Part shown: positions 27,177-39,206 of the stretch, one piece after another
Position numbering within the stretch: the first letter of the stretch is position 1
How the letters are laid out: each line of letters opens with the position of its first letter
Source of the DNA: Octopus sinensis
Taxonomy: Eukaryota
Direction of reading: 5' to 3'
Length of the DNA stretch: 64,000 nucleotides
Assembly (NCBI RefSeq): GCF_006345805.1
Contig: NC_043008.1
Location: 46,066,001 to 46,130,000 of the forward strand
Program-made: the position numbers and the translations under genes
Notes under the pieces: generated by a model
What the model saw: the letters and a program-made list of their open reading frames with translations, nothing else
Database searches by the model: none
What the model was told of the DNA's origin: nothing

Positions 27177-27563
27177 ATATGTCTTAAAGAAGTGATTTTA
27201 AATTCTCAAATGCAGGATATTGCTAATAATATAGCCTGAACAGGATAAGCTACCCCTATTTTGCAGAAAAGACTCGAACTCACACCTCCGTGATTACGCG
27301 TCGTGGTGCTCTGCACCATTAAGGTAAACCGCCCACACCACAAATTCTTCCGTAAATTTAAGATATATAGAAATTTCGCTTTATGAGACGCTATCATACG
27401 ATGAACAGCATCGCGACGCGTAATCACAGAGGTGTGAGCTCGAGTCTCATAGCCGGCCGCCAACCCTTTTTTCCTGCAAAATAGGGGTAGCTTATCCTGT
27501 TCAGGCTATATTATTAGCATCATCCTACGATTGAGAATTTAAAATTACTTCTTTATAGATATA
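27177..27563. mobile_element. Palindromic element made of two divergent tRNA-derived SINE-like arms
   Basis: Arms of ~150 bp are reverse complements (e.g. GCTAATAATATAGCCTGAACAGGATAAGCTACCCCTATTTTGCAG is exact). Inner parts read tRNA-like: ...GACGCGTAATCAC.GAGGTGTGAGTTCGAGTC. Confidence 0.8.
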
Positions 27564-28399
27564 TATGTATTTGGTCTATCTGTTCCTATATTTTTGTTAA
27601 ATGGTCCAGTAAACCAGACCATGCTTCCAAGTTTATATAATATGTTAAATTCTTGTTATTTTCAGTTTGAAAAGACCTCAAGTCCACTTGTGTTTTACAG
27701 AAAGATGTCCAATAATGTTCTGTCAGTTACCGAATATGTCATATCTGTCATCACCTGCCGTTGTAGATTTAGTGTCATGCGACTCACATTTACGCTTTCC
27801 CATCAGAATATGTTTTGCCTTTTAGATATTGTGTGTAACACGAAGGAAGATCATGTTTGAGGAATCACAAGATTCAATAAGACACGGCTTGATCATCATC
27901 TAACAATGTTTATACATTTCTGAAGTTAATATGATCTCATTTAATATTTGGGATGGAGTGGCTTAAAATGAGTGGATAGGAGTGATCATTATCGTTGAGG
28001 TGTTCTAGTACTGTAATTCTTATCACTGTTTCTATGGAAGAATTTCGACTAAATTTCATATCAAAATTATTGCGCCATATATATTTACCGTCTAAGCTCA
28101 CCCAATCGCTTTGATGCAAAGCCTAGGATGTACTGGGAGATATTAGTGTGTAAGGCTTCAGCTTACGTTTAAATCCTCGTAAAGGTCAGGCAACACGATA
28201 TCACACACTTCCTTTGATATCAGTGAGACGGCAACTTGCAAACGCAACGTATTATTACTGTCGAGATTTAGTAAAGTTAAAAATGACCTTCTATAGTTAA
28301 GATAATTTAATATAACGAGATTAAGGTGTTATGCTGAACATAACTAGTCGTAAGTTGCAAAAATATTGAATAAAAAACTACAGATACCTTTCTTTAGAT

Positions 28400-28795
28400 T
28401 CTATGTTCCAACCAGGCGGTTGGTGAACGTGTCCCATCGACGTTACTTACGTTCAATCCTGGACATTTCTTACAATAACATAGTGAAAAACGAAGAGTTG
28501 AAGCGAAAAGCTGGCATGGCAAGTGGAAGGACATGGTGATTAAGTGGGGGAAATGGTTTATTAATCATGTACTTTGATCACAGCAGGACAGACATGCTAC
28601 CATCGTGATGGAATAGATGCCGGGAGGAGGGAAAAGAGCAAGAGGAAAGCCATGGAAGAAGCAGAGACGTACGTTCCGGGATGATGTAGCGAAGGAAATT
28701 GGACCGGGTTGGGCTAAGAGGAGGGCGAACAACCGGGACTTTTGAAGAAGGCCTTTTGCTCGTTGTGCTGAGAGCACTAGAATATCTAAGAGCTA
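28400..28795 (+). mobile_element. RTE-clade LINE 3' end
   Basis: HRRLLxxILDISY, VKNEELKRKAG, HVL, GGKRARGKP.K..RRTFRDD, A.NRD, ending near CTAAG repeats. Confidence 0.75.
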
Positions 28796-29261
28796 AGAAA
28801 GATTAGTGGCTATATAAGTTGCGAGTCGTAGTAGCTATTTAAGTTACTGGTCGTAGTGACTATACATAAGTTAATAGCCGCACTAGCTCTATAGGTATTG
28901 ATAAAAACCGTTAAAGATGAGTCCTTACCGTATTCGCAGCCAAATGACGGAAACCAGGAAATAAAGGAAGTAGATTAATATAAATCAGTCTTAATTAAAT
29001 CACGGGCTTCATTTTGCGGAAAACAAGAGGGCGTTGGATAAGAAGAACTTTCGGAATTGGGGTTTAGGTGCGCCACAGCTTTTTAGCTTTTTACCTTTGA
29101 AATTCATAACCTGTCGGCGTGGCCATAATGTCACGTGTCCGATGTTAAACAACAGTACAACATTGATTATTGGAAATCACATATTTGATGAGTGATTTCT
29201 AATAATCAATGTTAAATGCAGACGACAGAAACATCAATTCTTGGGTTCCATATCCATTTAA

Positions 29262-29288
29262 AGTAGTAGTAGTAGTAGTAGTAGTAGT

Positions 29289-29322
<34 letters not shown>

Positions 29323-29323
29323 A

Positions 29324-29378
<55 letters not shown>
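29262..29378. repeat. (GTA)n/(GCA)n microsatellite
   Basis: Direct reading. Confidence 0.95.
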
Positions 29379-29379
<1 letters not shown>

Positions 29380-30569
29380 CTTGTTGGTGATTCCCCACTC
29401 CTAGCAACTGGCAACCTTTTCCACTCAGACAACTTGCCAACTCATGGGTCTGTTTCCGGTGAGGGTTTTATGAATTCGGAGTGCAAATCCTACCTCATTC
29501 TCTTTTAGTTACCTTTTAGGACGCGAAGAGGAAATTTTGGGTCTATTCTTTGGCATGTCGGTTCTCACACAGCACATATCCATTTTTAGCTTCCATGTTA
29601 ATTTGCAGATTTAGATGAGTTTAAATATCAGGTGAAAGAAGAAAATCTAACGTTCACGAGGTGACTTTTTGTATGAGAAATAAAAAAAAAATCAGGGTTT
29701 TCTTTAGGTGGAGAGAAAAAGGGTACGATATGGGTATAAGTCGTGTATTGAAAATATACGTATACATTTGAGTAAGCCATCATTGTGAATAAACTGATTG
29801 ATTTAATTAATTCTGCTTTATCAAAATTACATGATACAGATATGGTTTTATTCAGAAATAAATATGTTAGAAAAAGTCAGAAGTCATGAAAACCTTGATG
29901 TGTTTCGCTTCTACAAACAGCGCTGGTGCAAAACCTTTTAGTAATGGCAGCGACTTTTGCAGCAAACGGCTTCTCAAAGTTTTGTAAGTAGCGACGTATT
30001 GTGTACTAAAGACTGTAAGTAATGCAAAATAGAGCAAGACTGTCAGAACTCAAAACTATTTGATCATAAATCTACTCAGATAGGGGTGAACTGGGGTTAA
30101 ACAACAACAGCAGCAGCAAGAGCAACAACAATAGCAAGAGTAGAAACAACAACATAATCTAATAAATTGTTTACTATATTATATCGAGAATTAAGCAACC
30201 AAAATTTGATTGGTATATAGAAAGAGTAAATAGACTTAAACATAAATTAATGTCATTTTATTGATTTCATGGAAGATTGAAGCTAAAATCAATTTGATAT
30301 GATTTCAGAGATTTACAATAAATTAATGGGATTTTAGGTGCGTGTGTGTGTGTGTGTGGTGGGGGTTAATAAAATTTAATATAAGTTGCCGACATCACAA
30401 ACAATTCTGTCTTCTTTAACTTGGATTTATTGTTCAATGCCAAATATTTATTCGTCAGGGTGTAAACTGTGAGTGTCTACCAACCAAATTGTTGTCTGCC
30501 GAAAAGCATTTTAGCAAAATATATTTTTGTGGTTTTTTGAAAAGAAATAAAGTTGTTGATCATATTTTA

Positions 30570-30984
30570 CTTATTTTTTTATTGCCCAGGGGGGGGGGGG
30601 GCTAAACACAGAGGGGACAAACAAGAACAGATAAAGGGAATAAGTCGATTACATCGATCCTAGTGTATAACTGGTACTTAATTAATCGACCCCGAAAGGA
30701 TGAAAAGCAGAGTCGAATTCGGCAGAATTTGAACTCAGAACGTAGCAGCAGGCGAAATACCTATTTCTTTACTACCCACAACGGGCTAAACACAGAGAGG
30801 ACAGACAAACGGATTAAGTCGATTATATTGACCACAGTGCGTAACCGGTACTTATTTAATCGACCCCGAAAAGATCAAAGGCAAAGTCGACCTCGGTGGA
30901 ATTTGAACTCAAAACGTAACAGCAGGCGAAATACTGCTAAGCATTTCACCAGGCGTGCTACCGATTCTGCCAGCTCGCCGGCCT
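30570..30984 (-). mobile_element. Dimeric SINE family B with 14-bp TSD
   Basis: Two tandem bodies joined at GAAATAC|CTATTTCTTT (30760/30761); TSD TTGATCA(T/C)ATTTTA at 30556-30569 and 30985-30998. Confidence 0.88.
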
Positions 30985-31377
30985 TTGATCACATTTTATT
31001 AACAGGCCAATGACCATTTGACTGCAAGTTGGACGGTGAGAGTAAGAAGGAGTGTTCTGTATCCTGATGCAGAAGGATTTTGTTTTGTAAATAATCTATT
31101 TGTAAGAGACGCCCATATTTGTGTGTGCGTTTCCGTATCTATGTGTGTACGCATGGATAGACGGATGTAAAGATAAATAAATGAACCTGTGTACATGTGT
31201 ATGTGTATGTATGATTATATAAAAAACAGCCCAATATGGGGCGACATTTAAAGTATTTATATACTCTCCCAACATTACTCATTTCTCTACCACATAACGT
31301 TTGCACTGCGTAAAACACTTTAATACCGTATAGCATTACGTTACATATACACATACATGCATACATACATGCATACA

Positions 31378-31408
<31 letters not shown>

Positions 31409-31482
31409 GTGTGTGTGGTGTGCGCGTGTATCCATGCATGTCAATTTATATATGTATGTATCCATATATGTATGTATGTATG

Positions 31483-31530
<48 letters not shown>

Positions 31531-31535
<5 letters not shown>

Positions 31536-31862
31536 CACCTGATTTTTACCAATCGCTTTCGAAATACGCGTTCAATGGAGTGTTATCTAACAGTGAGATT
31601 ATGTAACATTGCGCTTTCCAGATATAGCCGTTATGGAGTGAAATATAATCACACATACATACACATATACATAGATTCACTCATTTATCCTTACATCCTT
31701 ACATCCATACATACAAACATACATGCATACGCAAACACACACAAATATACTTCATTCCATAACGGCTAACTCTGAAGTGTGCAGGGTTACATAATCGTAG
31801 TGTTAGATTACACTCCGTTGAAACCGTATTGCGAAACCGATTGCCGTAATGGATGTATAATA
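31531..31862. mobile_element. MITE-like fold-back element with ~115-bp diverged arms, inserted in (TA)n
   Basis: TAGCCGTTATGGA/TCCATAACGGCTA, GATTATGTAAC/GTTACATAATC and TTCAATGGAGTGT/ACACTCCGTTGAA inverse pairs. Confidence 0.75.
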
Positions 31863-31871
31863 ATGTCTTCT

Positions 31872-31929
<58 letters not shown>

Positions 31930-32399
31930 TGTGTGTGTGCGCGTGTGTGGTATATACGCACACACACACACAAACTCACACACATACATACCATATATAC
32001 GCACTATCGGGTCATGTAGCATTTTTGCATCTAAGCTGCCTTATAAACTGTACAGCTTATTCAATCGGTATTAAATGTAATTTAGCCTCAATTAATCCAG
32101 ATTCGATGCATTGATGTCTATAGGGAGACGATATCTTTTGATGTGGGGTAACTGTTCGTTTTTCCAAAAATGACATACACGCGGTGTTGCATAGAGATAG
32201 AAATAATTCATTTCTCGACAAGGTTCTGCAAATGTGCTCAGCAAATAGATGTTTACGCCGATGTGCCCAAGAAACTGATTTTATGTGTGGAATAAATAAG
32301 TAAAAATTTATATTTACTTGCAGTGAAAATGGTTGAAACATTTGTAACATCTTGACTTTTAAATTTACGTTTTTAAATGAAATCAATTCATTGACACTC

Positions 32400-32690
32400 A
32401 ACGCGTGTTCCAGTTGATCCAATCAATGGAACAGCTTGTTCTTGAAATTAACGTGTGGATGGTTGAGCACTCCACAAACACGCGACCCTGAATGCAGTTG
32501 TCTGGGAGATTCTGCGTGAGACAGAATACTACAAGGGTGGCTCCTTGAATAAGAAGTAGAAATAATTTTTATCAGGTGTGGGGAGCAACGGGAAATATAG
32601 TGTCTTACTCAAGTACAGAACGCACCGCCAGCACTCAACTCACGAACATTAGCCGACCTAATCGAACCACCAAACCACGCGTCTTCAATA
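32400..32690 (-). mobile_element. Decayed SINE, same family as 24520-24835
   Basis: GTTCCAGTTGATCCAATCAATGGAAC...TGAGCACTCCACAAACACG shared body. Confidence 0.6.
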
Positions 32691-33314
32691 AATCAATACA
32701 AAAGCGATTAATCAACCTCGAATAATATAAAATTTCCTTTTGTTGTATTCTATTTCGTGACAGAGACTTATTACTGCAGAAGAGGTAGATATTGTTGTAC
32801 GGCTGTGACGTGAATTCTTCAGTCAATTCGGAATTTATAAAATCTCTGTAGCAAAATGTCTATTATTTTCATGTAATTATGATTGTAAAACAGTCATAAT
32901 TTGAAATATATACGGAACCAATCGGAATACAAGTGTTTTGTCTATTCTCATTTCTGGAAACAAATTCCGCAGTAACAGCTATTAGTTATATTTTGGTGAT
33001 TCATTCTTTATAAGCTTGGCAGTTTAATCTCTCTTTGGCCATTTTTATCCAGGGACATGACTGTTATTGATTTGTGAGTCAAATCGTTCGTTCGGCAGTG
33101 ATAGATTTGGCGAGAATTATCACGAAATGTTCGCAAATTTTAGCTCAGCATCATAAGCTGTTGAAAGCTTGTGTGGGAAGCGATTATTTATTGTTCTTTA
33201 ACCCTTCTACCCCGCGATGAAGTCCCTGATTGTTAAGACAATCTAAATCAACACATACATACATACACACGGATAGATCGAGATATACATAGACATACAT
33301 ATATACATACATAC

Positions 33315-33334
33315 AGACAGACAGACAGACAGAC

Positions 33335-33411
<77 letters not shown>
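33315..33411. repeat. (CAGA)n/(GATA)n microsatellite
   Basis: Direct reading. Confidence 0.95.
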
Positions 33412-33412
<1 letters not shown>

Positions 33413-33543
33413 GCAAAAATGCTCAATACGTATGGCGATTCAGGTCCCCTACACAGCACGTTTCTTTGCCGAGTACTTTCACAGACACTTGCCGCTGTGT
33501 ATTCTGATTTTTGAAAACTATATCTGTATCCGTGTATGTATGA

Positions 33544-33574
<31 letters not shown>

Positions 33575-33655
33575 ATATATAAAGATTCAGTTGAATTCGG
33601 TACTAAAATTGAAGCACCAAGTCAGTCCGTCTGGCATTAGTGTGTGTGTATGTTC

Positions 33656-33703
<48 letters not shown>

Positions 33704-34139
33704 CCTTTATATGTATGTATGTTTCTGCGTATGTCTGTAGGTAGGTATGTCTATAATGACGTGTGTGTATGCAGTACACATGTACCTTCAGATTTTGTGA
33801 TTTAAGTGTAACTTCAAATCTGGAATGTATCCAAAATTCGCAGACAGTTCAGATTCGTTTCTCGACGCGGTTTAACGCAACGTATCTTTGCTCAACCTAA
33901 ATAACTGAATGTTTGAGAGCGAAACACATTTTATTTACTTGTTTCCCCCCATAAAGACTGGCGCTCAATCAAAATGTATAAACAGTGACATTCTTTGGCG
34001 AAGAATAAAGCAAATTTTATAACCAACAACTGTATAATTTATTTGATAACATCTATTGCAAATCTAACAAACATCTCTGTTGTATTGCGTTTAATTTAAT
34101 TCACTTTCTTTAAAAGAATAACAAGAAAACACCATTTGT

Positions 34140-34600
34140 ATTAATTCTTTCTACTATTGCCACAAGGTTTGAAATTTGAGGGGAGGGGGACTAGTCCAAT
34201 ACATTGACACCATTACAAAACTGGTACTCATTTTATCGACTCCGAAAAGATGAAAGGTCAAGTCGACCTCGGTGTAATTTCAATTCAGAGCATGAAGGCG
34301 GACGAAATGCCGCTAAGCATTTTGTCCGGCATGCTAGCGATCCTGCCTAACTCGCCGTCTTAACAAAACAGCAGTAAGGATAATTGTTTCAAATGTTGAC
34401 CTTCAGACCAACAATTGCATAGGAGGAGATGAGATCGATTACATCAATTTCTGTACATGACTGGTATTTATTTTATCGACCCAGAAAGAAGGAAAGCAAA
34501 GTCGACCTTAGCAAAATCTGAAGTCAGAACGAAAAACCGGAAGAAATGCTGCTAAGCATTTCGTCCGGCGTGCAAACGATTCTGTCAGACACCGCTTTAA
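34140..34600 (-). mobile_element. Two older family B SINE copies
   Basis: Each has CTGGTA..T.TTTTATCGAC...GTCGACCT...GAAATGC.GCTAAGCATTT.GTCCGGC. Confidence 0.8.
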
Positions 34601-34619
34601 TGAAGACAATAACAATAAC

Positions 34620-34675
<56 letters not shown>

Positions 34676-34679
34676 TAAG

Positions 34680-35745
34680 CAGCAAAAATTCACGTTCTAT
34701 AGTCAAGGAGGCTTACAAATTTGCATGGGAACTTGGCATTAATACTGAATTAGACGAGAAACCTGAAACCACTGCCACGAAAGAAGCAAAACGGATCAAA
34801 CAGACTGCAAAAAAAAAAAAAAAAAGAACGAGCAGAAACAAATTAAGGAATGGTAGAGCCAGAAGCTTCTGATGTAGACCAAGCAACAACCCATCAGTGG
34901 CTGAGAAGCTCAGGACTGAAAGCAGAGACTGAAGGTTTTATATTGGCGACACAAGATCAAAGCTTGCTTACCAAAAACTACCAGGTTAACGTTCTTCCAA
35001 ACAATTCTGACCCTAAATGCAGATTCTTCGAAAACTTTTATGTAACAAAAGACCATCGCGTCTCAGGATGTATTGTACTGACACTAAACGATTACAAAAT
35101 CGCCACGATAGGTTGGGACAGTATCTACATTAGATGATATGCAAACACTACACAATTAGCATTCCTACTTACTGGTATGAATATTATCGCGAGCCAGTCA
35201 TTGAAGGTAAATATGTCATTATCCTCAAGGATTTTCCAGTCAACGCCGACAGGACAATCCAAGCTAATCGACCAGACATAGACATGAAAGCGAGAGAAGA
35301 AATACTGGGTGATTGATAAATGTAAATGTTCTCAATGATAAAATGATATCTGTAAAGGAATTTGACAAATTAAGTAAATATAAGGACCTGGAAATAAAAA
35401 TACAAAAGATGTGACATCTTAAAGCAAGAACTGCTCATGTTATTGTGGGTGTCCTTGGTATGATAAGAAAGGGATGTCAGAAACACCTAGATAATATTAC
35501 AGGAGAACCATGTCTCAGAAAAATCCAAAAGATTGAGCTGTCAAGTATCGGCCACATCCTTAGGAAAATCCTATCAATTTAGATGTATGTGTTGTATTAC
35601 CTGAAGATATTTCGCTACTGCCGCTGCCACTTTGCCCTCCCCAAACTTTCAAGCATACTGTAACATCTCATATCTTTTTCTCGCCCAAGGACGATGGGTG
35701 TGTTTCGGCGAGTGATTGTAACAAACATGCAGATTAAAAGTAAAT
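34680..35745 (+). mobile_element. 5'-truncated R4/Dong-clade LINE: Zn knuckle and restriction-like endonuclease, between (AAT)n tracts
   Basis: WLRSSGLKAETEGFILATQDQSL.TKNY, CR.....DH.VSGC, RHD, NRPDI, EFDKLSKYKDL, VIVGVLG, HILRK.L; frameshifts and stops present. Confidence 0.92.
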
Positions 35746-35788
35746 TATAATAATAATAATAATAATAATAATAGTAATAATAATAATA

Positions 35789-35884
<96 letters not shown>

Positions 35885-35896
35885 TAATAGTAATAA

Positions 35897-36615
35897 CACG
35901 AATCTAGTGAAGGGTTTAAATACTTGGGCAGTATCACTATTTCGATACTCAGCAACTTCTGTAGATTGGACAAAAACTCAATTAGCAAAGCTAGACAGAA
36001 GAACTAGGAAGGAATTCAATATGAATGGAGGATTCCACCCAAAGGATGGAGTAGGAAGATTATACTTACCAAGAAAGGAATGTGGAAGAAAGTTAATATC
36101 AGCAGAAAACTGCTTAGAGTTAGCTACCGTAGATATAGATTCCTATGCAGGTAGTATTGAAGAAAATTTATTAAAAGACATAGGGAAACCAGATCAGCAA
36201 ACGAACTTAAAAACCAGAAAAAAAGAACAGAAATCATCTGAATGGCAGGAGAAGGCGTTGCGTGGTAGATTCCCAAAGATAGTTTCAGTAAATAGTAGCA
36301 GTGAGACATGGTTATGGTTGCAAAGAGGAAATCTGAAAAGAGAGACAGAAAGGAGAAGTACAAGATGTTGTAGGACTTTAACATTCAGACTGACAGAGTA
36401 ATAGAAGCAAGGAGGTCTGATATGGTAGTTGAAGTAGATAAAGACAATAGAAAGTGGTAAGTAGAACTGTTTTGCCTCCTTGACACAGCGAAAATAATAT
36501 GAAATGTATTATATAACTGAAAAGAACGGATAGCATGGTACCGTAGGCTGCAGGTAGTAAGCCCGCTACACATGCAAGACTACAGGAGCTCCAACAAAAC
36601 GAATGATAAAGAGAA
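35897..36615 (+). mobile_element. Second R4/Dong-like fragment with internal deletions
   Basis: NTWAVSLFRYS, LDRRTRK, FHPK...RLYLPRKECGR.L, W.EKAL.G.F, WLWL..G.LK.ETE, IEARRSDMV. Confidence 0.85.
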
Positions 36616-36627
36616 AATAATAATAAT

Positions 36628-37172
36628 AAATGCTCTGATGTAGTACCAAGTACTGGCTCTCATGGCTTCTGGCCTTAACTGATTGGAAGTGTTATCATGT
36701 ACATGTTTTGTCATGGTATAAAAGATGGGATACTGCAAATATTCTGCTCAATACCACAGATTTGCTAGTCAGTTGTTTGACCATAACCAGTTGAGCATGT
36801 CCCTTAGTGGCTGACGATATGTGCATCTCTGATCATGAGCAGAAGTAGTGCGGGAGCATCATAGCCATGTATTGTGAGGAATTCTTTGGGGTTTGAATAA
36901 TTCACATCTGGAAACATGGGCGTTCCGTTCCACATCCTTAAACAAACCTTATTCAGGGACCTTTTGGGGCAAGATGGGCTATCCGACCTGAAGAAAATTC
37001 TAACTAGGCCCCATTTACAAGATCATGCGTTGTTTATCTTGATATGAGATCACCTCGTCGCACATAAGGTTGTGATGCATGTGCCCGGTGTCCCCTTATC
37101 TGATGGGCAGTCATGATGGCTATACTGGACTTCGTATATTTCACTCCAGTGTCACTGCTCTCTCACTCAGTA
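36628..37172. mobile_element. Non-coding interspersed repeat embedded in (TAA)n (second partial copy inverted at 41280-41375)
   Basis: End CAGTGTCACT..GCTCTCTCACTCA(G/A)TAATAAT matches the reverse complement of TTATTGAGTGAGAGAGCAG...AGTGACACTGG at 41276-41319. Confidence 0.65.
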
Positions 37173-37204
37173 ATAATCATAATGATTTCTTTATTGACCA
37201 CAAA

Positions 37205-37690
37205 TGGTCCACAGGCGTATGATCAGGGCAGGTCCGCTCACACGTACTATACCCGCCACGCTCATCCACCTATTGATAAAATGGCTGGACGGCATCACTT
37301 CTCTCTCCAGCTTTATTTTCCTCTTCATGTCAAACTTGAAGAAGTTGATAAGGGATTGGCCAAAGAGGAAAGTGTTTGTCTTCAGCACCTTAAATATTTT
37401 CCACCATACAGCCTCTTTCGCCCTGGTCACCAGATATAAAAACTGTTTGCACTTCCCGGTTAAAAGAAGGCAGTGGGATGGATTCAGTTGATAAATGGAT
37501 CCGTCCGACACGCGACAGCTGATGTTCGATTATAAATCCATTATGAATGCTCGGATATTGGACATGTCCATGCAGGACGGTTTCGTCACGCTCTGCGCAG
37601 GCCAGACATGCTCGACTGATAACTCTTCAGTGTCTTTAGAGTTTATCTCGAACAGGCAGAGCTTTCTGGCAGCAATGCCAGGCCAGGAAT
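37205..37690 (-). mobile_element. Tx1-clade LINE C-terminal (zf-RVT) fragment
   Basis: LAWHCCQKALPVRDKL...C..C...DETVLH...AKEAVWW...FINRW. Confidence 0.75.
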
Positions 37691-38371
37691 TCCTGGAAGT
37701 TAAGTCCAGGAATTTCGGAGGAGGGTGTAGTCGATCATATCGACCCCAGTACCCAACTGGTCCTTATTTTATTAACCCCGAAAGTTTGAAAGGCAAAGTC
37801 TACCTCGGCGGAATTTGAACTCAGAACATAAAAACAGACGAAATGCTGCTAAGCAATTTCCCGGGCTTGCAGCCTTATGAATAATAATAATAATGATTTC
37901 AGATTTTGGCAGAGTAGCAGAAATTTTTAGGAGAAGGGCAGTCTACATACAAGGACCCCTGTGCTGAACTGGTACTTATTTTATCGACCTCCAAGGAATG
38001 AAAAGCAAAATATTAGAGTATGTGGAATTTGGACGACACAAGGACATATATTACTGCAGAATTCCCTACGTTGCTTCTAGGAGAATATAAGAACTGGCGG
38101 TATTATCAAGTTGTAAAAGTGTTACACAAGGAGTGTGGAATAGAATGTCCTGTGGGGTTTCTATAAGAAGGTTTACCTCCCAAGAACAATAAAGATCATC
38201 AGAAAATTTTTGAGCTCGTAAGGCTTGGTAGAATAACATGAATATGTAAGGTAACCCGCTACCCCTATAAATTTTAGCAGCAACAAAGTCGATCCAGATC
38301 CAAGAAATATAATGATGATAAGTATATGTGCCCAACAATCTATTAAAATTGGACACACACACGTGCATATA

Positions 38372-39206
38372 CCGGGGGCGATGGGTAAATTGTCACCATT
38401 TTATATTTTATATTTCGCGCATGTGCATTGTTTGCTTTTGATTTTGTCGTCTACACAGCAGAGTAAGGTCAGTTGGGGACCGTCTGTTAGAAAAAACACC
38501 ACTATGACGCAGTTCATTCTGCCAGAGGTTCGGAAATGACATGCTGTGCTGCCTGGCATTGGCACCGGAAGCTCCAGTACGAACGTTTCAGAGTGTCTGG
38601 GTGTCAATCTGAGGACAATAAAAAAACAGTCAACATCACAGTGTTTGGAGGGATCACTAGTGATGGCGACGTTATGTCTCCATTCATCTTCCCACACGGC
38701 TTCAGACTCAACACGGAGGCCTACATCAAGTGCCTGGTGGAGGTAGTGCTGCCCTGGGTCAAGAAGGTGGCTGCTGGAAGACCCTGTGTCTATCAACAGG
38801 AATCTGCACCATACGACACAAGAAGAACCCAGTTATAGCTGTCAGATAATTTCCATGACCACATCACCCCTAACATCTGCCCACCTAACTGTAACTCCCT
38901 TGATTATTATGTGTAAGTCGCAGTTGAGCGAGAAACCAACAGGACTCTTTGTAACACCAAAGATGAGCTGAAGGGAAGGATTACGGCAGCATTCACCAAG
39001 TTAAACAAAGAGAGCGTCCAGGGGAGGCCCAGGAGAATCTGAAGTCATCTGGAGGCCGTAGCCAAAGAGATATTATTGAATAAAGTTACTCTTTAGTATT
39101 TCAAGATATTTTATGTAATTTTGGTAAATCTATCTGTTAAAATGAGATGTCAGTGTTATTTTCGTTATTACGTAATTTAGATGACATTTTTATTTACCGC
39201 ACCATG
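38372..39206 (+). mobile_element. Tc1/mariner (DD37D/maT-like) element with internally deleted transposase
   Basis: VFGGITSDG.VM.PFIF..G.RLN.E.Y...L..V.LPW, QQ(E)SAP, PPN..N.LDYYV; imperfect terminal inverted repeats flanked by TA. Confidence 0.85.
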
